Made by a program: the position numbers and the translations under genes. From contig CBDUKN010000002.1 of the NCBI GenBank assembly GCA_965367815.1, positions 64,001 to 128,000 of the forward strand: 64,000 bases of DNA. Direction: 5' to 3'. Positions 60,055 through 64,000 of this stretch are shown here, in pieces. Numbering within the stretch: position 1 is the stretch's first letter; each line of letters opens with the position of its first letter. The notes under the pieces are model-generated. The model was not told where the DNA came from, did not search any database, and was given only the letters and a program-made list of their open reading frames with translations. Origin of the DNA: an uncultured Thermoprotei archaeon (GTDB lineage: Archaea > Thermoproteota > Thermoprotei > Thermofilales > B15-G2).

Positions 60055-60924
60055 TTACGCTTGAGAAATAGTGCTGTCGTAGAGGAGGTACATTATCAGC
60101 GATGCAGATGGCATATAGATTAGTATTACTGCGACAGTAAGTACTATAGGATCTAGCCCAAATACGCCTCCTCCTATCATTGACATGAGAACGAATAAGA
60201 GAATAAATATTACAGGTGCAGCTACCATTGCTGCAATATATATTTCGGAGAGAAAACTAAGAGTGTCTACCAGCGTCTCAAGTTTTGTTTCTTTTTCTCT
60301 AATCATAGTTGATGTGAGGTAGTTTAAGTAGCTTCTTAAATCGCCACTAGTCAATGCTGTCTCTTTTAAACCTGTGAGAATTCTAGCGAAAATGGAAGAT
60401 GGAGACCTGTCAGCAGCTATTGTTAGTGCTGTAGGCAGATCGTATCCGAGAACCTTAACGCTTTTCACAATTCCCTCAAACTCATTTTTAATTTCCTTCT
60501 CAGGCTCTACTTCAGCTACTCTCTCTATGATATGCTCTAAGGACGCTCCTCCTGCCGCTAGAACAGTCATGTAGCTGACTGTGTATAGGAGATTTCTTTC
60601 AATTCGTCTTCTTCTCTCTGATACACGGTAGAGAGGATAAGCTATCATTGCCATTAGGCACGAGAGTGAGAGAACTAGTGAGAGCATTATGCCTAGTAGA
60701 ATTGAGAGAAGTAGAGGAGCTTTAAGGAAAATTACGTGTAGTACTATTAATACAGCAAGAGAAACTGCTAGAACTATGAAAGGTAAAGAGAATGCAAGCC
60801 CTATGTATGCTTTATAGTGCATTTTAATACGAGCCTTTATACAGAGATCTATGAATGACCTTAGTTTCTCTTCGTGTTCTTCTAAAAATGTTTTATAGAA
60901 TCTATACCCATATCCTTCTAACAT
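60055..60924 (-). CDS. Type IV pilus/T2SS F-family membrane platform protein
   Basis: IERNL......M.VLA..G, LG.DL..AL...A.RSPS, SGDL..YL, SEIY. Confidence 0.88.
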   Translation of the reverse strand: MLEGYGYRFYKTFLEEHEEKLRSFIDLCIKARIKMHYKAYIGLAFSLPFIVLAVSLAVLIVLHVIFLKAPLLLSILLGIMLSLVLSLSCLMAMIAYPLYRVSERRRRIERNLLYTVSYMTVLAAGGASLEHIIERVAEVEPEKEIKNEFEGIVKSVKVLGYDLPTALTIAADRSPSSIFARILTGLKETALTSGDLRSYLNYLTSTMIREKETKLETLVDTLSFLSEIYIAAMVAAPVIFILLFVLMSMIGGGVFGLDPIVLTVAVILIYMPSASLIMYLLYDSTISQA

Positions 60925-60928
60925 TGTA

Positions 60929-62437
60929 TCACACTGCCCTTAATTTAAGTGAAGTGTATGTTTCTCTTGGACTCCTATAGTATCTGCTTATAATTTCAGC
61001 TACTTCATCAAAGCTTCTCATTTTCTTTAAAGCGAGTATTCTGAGTATTTCTGCCCGCCTTCTCCACTCTTCCATTATTTCATTGAGAGACATAAAATTT
61101 CTTTCAGCTATGCGTTTAAGCAGCTCGCTTTCGCCGACTTTTATGAATATATCTCTTCTGGCATCCCACCTGAATACTTTCTGCATTTTTATTTCTCCGT
61201 GAACTCTATCGTAGCTGAGTACTTCGTAGACTTCGTAGACTCTTCTAACAGCTCTGTCTCCTAGTTTATGTCTAACCATTTGGACGAAGATATTAGCGAA
61301 CGGTATTAGCTCTGGCGGCACGTTCATAGGTCTGGCCTGCAGCCTCATTATTGCTGCTTCACAGCTTTCAGCGTGTATTGTACACATTCCGGCGTGGCCT
61401 GAGGCTATTGCCTGGAATAGTGTAAATGCCTCTTCTCCTCTAACCTCGCCTATAATAATGTAATCTGGTCTCTGTCTTAGTGCTGACTTCAGTAAGTCGT
61501 ATAATGTAATATTTTCGACTCCAGCTTCAGTCGATGGACGAGTTACAAGCGGAATCCAGTTCTCATGAGGTAGCCTTATTTCAGGTACTTCCTCTATCGT
61601 AACTATCTTTAATTCAGGTCTAATGAATGTGGCTACAGCGTTAAGCATCGTTGTTTTACCTGTTGCTGTAGCTCCGCTGATTATAATTGTCCTCATGTTA
61701 TCTACAGCTAGCCAGAAGTAGGCAGCTAGCTCCGGTGAGACTGTATTCAGTGAAATTAGGTCTATTATTGTGAACGGCACTGCTCTGAACTTTCTTATAG
61801 TAAATGTACCGCCTCTCATAGAGACTTCTTTTAGCGTCAAGTGTATTCTAAAGCCCTCAGGCAGAGATCCCTCGAGAATAGGCTTAGCTATCGATATGTG
61901 CTTTCCCGCTTTATAGGCTAGTCTATGTATCATAGCCTCTAGCTCTTCTTCTGTCTCAAATACTACGTTAGACGGTATTGATTCATAGTATTTGTGCCAA
62001 ACATAGACAGGTATGCCTACTCCGTCGCAGGAAATATCTTCTAGGTTCTCGTCCCTGATCATGGGATCTATCTTTCCGTAACCGAAGAAATCTCGCTCAA
62101 CATAGTAAGTTATTTTATGAATAGCTGGTCTAGGTATCTTTATTCTGAACTTTTCGATTATTTTGGCTACAGTTTCTCTAATAAAGGCTTTAGATTCGAC
62201 TTCGCTAGGCATTTTTTCACTTGTCTCAACAAAGTCCAGAAATATTCTTTTAATTTCTTCAAGAGCTTTCTTCTCTGCTTCATTTAAATATGGCTCTATA
62301 ACTAGGTATTTTAAAAAACCTTTCTTGTCTTTAACTATAGCTACATAGGCAAATGGAGGGTTAACTGCATAAAACTCTTTGAATATATATTCCCTAAACC
62401 TTGCAGCATGCTCTTTAAGCTTAAGTTCAGCTCTCAT
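60929..62437 (-). CDS. Type IV pilus/T2SS E-family secretion ATPase (VirB11/FlaI-like)
   Basis: EDISCDG, FTIRKF, GATATGKTT, TIEE..E, LRQRPDYIIIGEVRG.EA, GH...CTIHA. Confidence 0.93.
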   Translation of the reverse strand: MRAELKLKEHAARFREYIFKEFYAVNPPFAYVAIVKDKKGFLKYLVIEPYLNEAEKKALEEIKRIFLDFVETSEKMPSEVESKAFIRETVAKIIEKFRIKIPRPAIHKITYYVERDFFGYGKIDPMIRDENLEDISCDGVGIPVYVWHKYYESIPSNVVFETEEELEAMIHRLAYKAGKHISIAKPILEGSLPEGFRIHLTLKEVSMRGGTFTIRKFRAVPFTIIDLISLNTVSPELAAYFWLAVDNMRTIIISGATATGKTTMLNAVATFIRPELKIVTIEEVPEIRLPHENWIPLVTRPSTEAGVENITLYDLLKSALRQRPDYIIIGEVRGEEAFTLFQAIASGHAGMCTIHAESCEAAIMRLQARPMNVPPELIPFANIFVQMVRHKLGDRAVRRVYEVYEVLSYDRVHGEIKMQKVFRWDARRDIFIKVGESELLKRIAERNFMSLNEIMEEWRRRAEILRILALKKMRSFDEVAEIISRYYRSPRETYTSLKLRAV

Positions 62438-62541
62438 TTTATGCCTTATGTAATTAGTTTCAGTAATCTATATTGGTTTTTCGTTTGAATAACTCTTTAC
62501 ATAAAGGTTTTAATATACCTCTACACTTATTTTCAGTAGCT

Positions 62542-62994
62542 ATGCTAAAAAAGAGCCTCGGTGTAAGCGAAGTAGTAGCATCTATTTTAATGCTTGTAAT
62601 CACTGTTGTCGTGAGCCTTCTCATTTATCTCTGGTATACGGGTTACCTTTCTACAGTAGAAAGTTCTGTGAATAAATTCTTGTTTGAAGAGGAGCTTTCT
62701 TTAAGAGAAAAAATTGAAATAGTGCATGTTTCTGTCGTAAAAGATTCTTCCTCCTCTTCTCTCAATATAACTGTATACGTTTTCAACTACGGAGATATTA
62801 TGGTTGCTATAGATGATGTAGCTTATGTGGACGGCAATATGGTTATTTTGTCTCGAGAATATACTGTTCTTCCTGGACAGTGTGTTAAAATAGAGTTCCC
62901 CCCGCTACCTTACAATAATTTGCCTTCGTTAGTGAAAATAAAGATAGTTAGTAAGAGGGGTAATTATGCAGAATACTGCGTCAAGAAACCGTAG
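62542..62994 (+). CDS. Archaeal type IV pilin (class III signal peptide)
   Basis: MLKKSLG|VSEVVASILML (Glu at +3), IVSKRGN; ATG 62542 preferred over TTG 62473. Confidence 0.8.
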   Translation: MLKKSLGVSEVVASILMLVITVVVSLLIYLWYTGYLSTVESSVNKFLFEEELSLREKIEIVHVSVVKDSSSSSLNITVYVFNYGDIMVAIDDVAYVDGNMVILSREYTVLPGQCVKIEFPPLPYNNLPSLVKIKIVSKRGNYAEYCVKKP

Positions 62995-64000
62995 AGGTAT
63001 AGCTGTACCTATAGCAACGATGTTTATGATTCTGATAATAATACTGTCAATAGCCTTTATGATTTATTTACTGCACCGCGTCAGCGAGATAAGTAAAACA
63101 GGAGTACAAATAGTAAAAGAAGAAAGAGAAAAAATAGAAGAGAATGCCGAGCTTTTTGTAGCAAGAGTCTCTATAAGGAACCTTTCTTGTAATATCACTT
63201 TGGGTCTTCTCAATACAGGTTCAGTTACTTTAACTGCATCAGCTCTGTACGTATTTCTAGTTCAAGCAGGCAACTATACTGAATTATACTCTAAAACAAT
63301 ATCCCTGTCTTCTTCTCCGGGAGAACTTCTATTCATAAATATTACTGACTTACCTTACGTTACTCCAGCAAACACTACATATTATGTATTTAAAGTAGTA
63401 AGTACTAGGGGAAATGTTTACACAGCCTACTGGAGAATATCGACACCAATGGCATATCTCTTTATAAGTCCTCCTCTAATCTACAGTGGCTGTAGAGGAT
63501 CTGCTTGGCTAATAGTTATAAACAATTCGACAGAACCTCTCTTCGATTTAACTGCATCACTTAACTACTCGCCTTCTACAGCCAATATTACAATAAGCAA
63601 TGCTACCCCAAGTACTATAGAAAGACTACCGCCCGGAGCCACAGCTGTATTCTACTGGAACTTTACAGCGCTGTCGCTTGACACCACTAACGTTACATTC
63701 ACAGCTTCTCTTACTTCACTTAATGTTACCATAACATCTAATAAAACTGTAAGTGTTATAGAGACGCCTAAAATATCATCTATTTCAGTTAAAATATTGT
63801 TAAATGAAACATTGTGCCGCTCAGGTTCCTGGGTAACCATGTACATTAATGTAACGAACTTCGGGCCCAATCTAGTCGAAGACGTTTTACCCAAAATATC
63901 TATGATAGGCGTGTGGCCCAACGGCAGCCTCACAGTAAACTATACACTACTAGACACAAGACCACAAACAATAACTCCCAACAACTACACTCTATTTAGA
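62966..64000 (+). CDS. Large pilin/adhesin-like protein, truncated by the window end (absent from the ORF track)
   Basis: GAGGGG RBS, MQNTASRNRRG|IAVPIATMFMILIII class III-like signal, VVSTRGN motif, Ig-like repeats with many N-glycosylation sequons; frame open to 64000. Confidence 0.78.
   Translation, partial: MQNTASRNRRGIAVPIATMFMILIIILSIAFMIYLLHRVSEISKTGVQIVKEEREKIEENAELFVARVSIRNLSCNITLGLLNTGSVTLTASALYVFLVQAGNYTELYSKTISLSSSPGELLFINITDLPYVTPANTTYYVFKVVSTRGNVYTAYWRISTPMAYLFISPPLIYSGCRGSAWLIVINNSTEPLFDLTASLNYSPSTANITISNATPSTIERLPPGATAVFYWNFTALSLDTTNVTFTASLTSLNVTITSNKTVSVIETPKISSISVKILLNETLCRSGSWVTMYINVTNFGPNLVEDVLPKISMIGVWPNGSLTVNYTLLDTRPQTITPNNYTLFR

Noticed and set aside
62473-62541. TTG-initiated N-terminal extension of the pilin
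   Set aside because: The class III signal peptide places the start at ATG 62542; the extension covers the divergent promoter region
63652-63933. 93-aa minus-strand ORF
   Set aside because: Antisense to the open pilin-like frame starting at 62966
1-64000. tRNA, rRNA, CRISPR arrays, transposases
   Set aside because: None recognised by eye in the intergenic regions; tRNAscan-SE, Infernal and CRISPR finders would confirm

Overview
Gene-dense, AT-rich archaeal window. The lineage is inferred to be a thermophilic Thermoproteota/Thermofilales-like crenarchaeote from BRE-TATA promoters, GGTGA-type Shine-Dalgarno sites, many leaderless GTG starts, several box C/D sRNAs, bifunctional PGI/PMI and a TackOD1 protein. 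Core content: AdoMetDC, a nucleoside ABC transporter, HARP (protein-only RNase P), AmmeMemoRadiSam rSAM, a presenilin-type protease, a roadblock protein, XPD, Ino1, CinA, a site-2 protease, the SepCysS-SepRS operon (tRNA-dependent Cys synthesis), PGI/PMI, glycerate kinase, TatD, SerRS, an RsmB/NOP methyltransferase, an Fe/phospho-ester-type ABC transporter with a surface phosphoesterase, and a type IV pilus locus running off the right end. The 15.4-26 kb stretch looks like an accessory, partly decaying island: a serine recombinase, three disrupted genes, a COG1373 ATPase and a nuclease-like ORF. Most novel signals: (1) four 14-bp palindromes (consensus TCCTCTATAGAGGA) spaced 34/35/34 bp apart across the promoter, RBS and start of the COG1373 AAA+/HTH/DUF4143 gene; (2) a translationally coupled TatD - wHTH - deviant BrxD-like ATPase - unknown - FUN14 operon; (3) four or five unannotated box C/D sRNAs, some with recognisable rRNA-complementary guides. 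All family assignments come from reading motifs by eye, with no database search.
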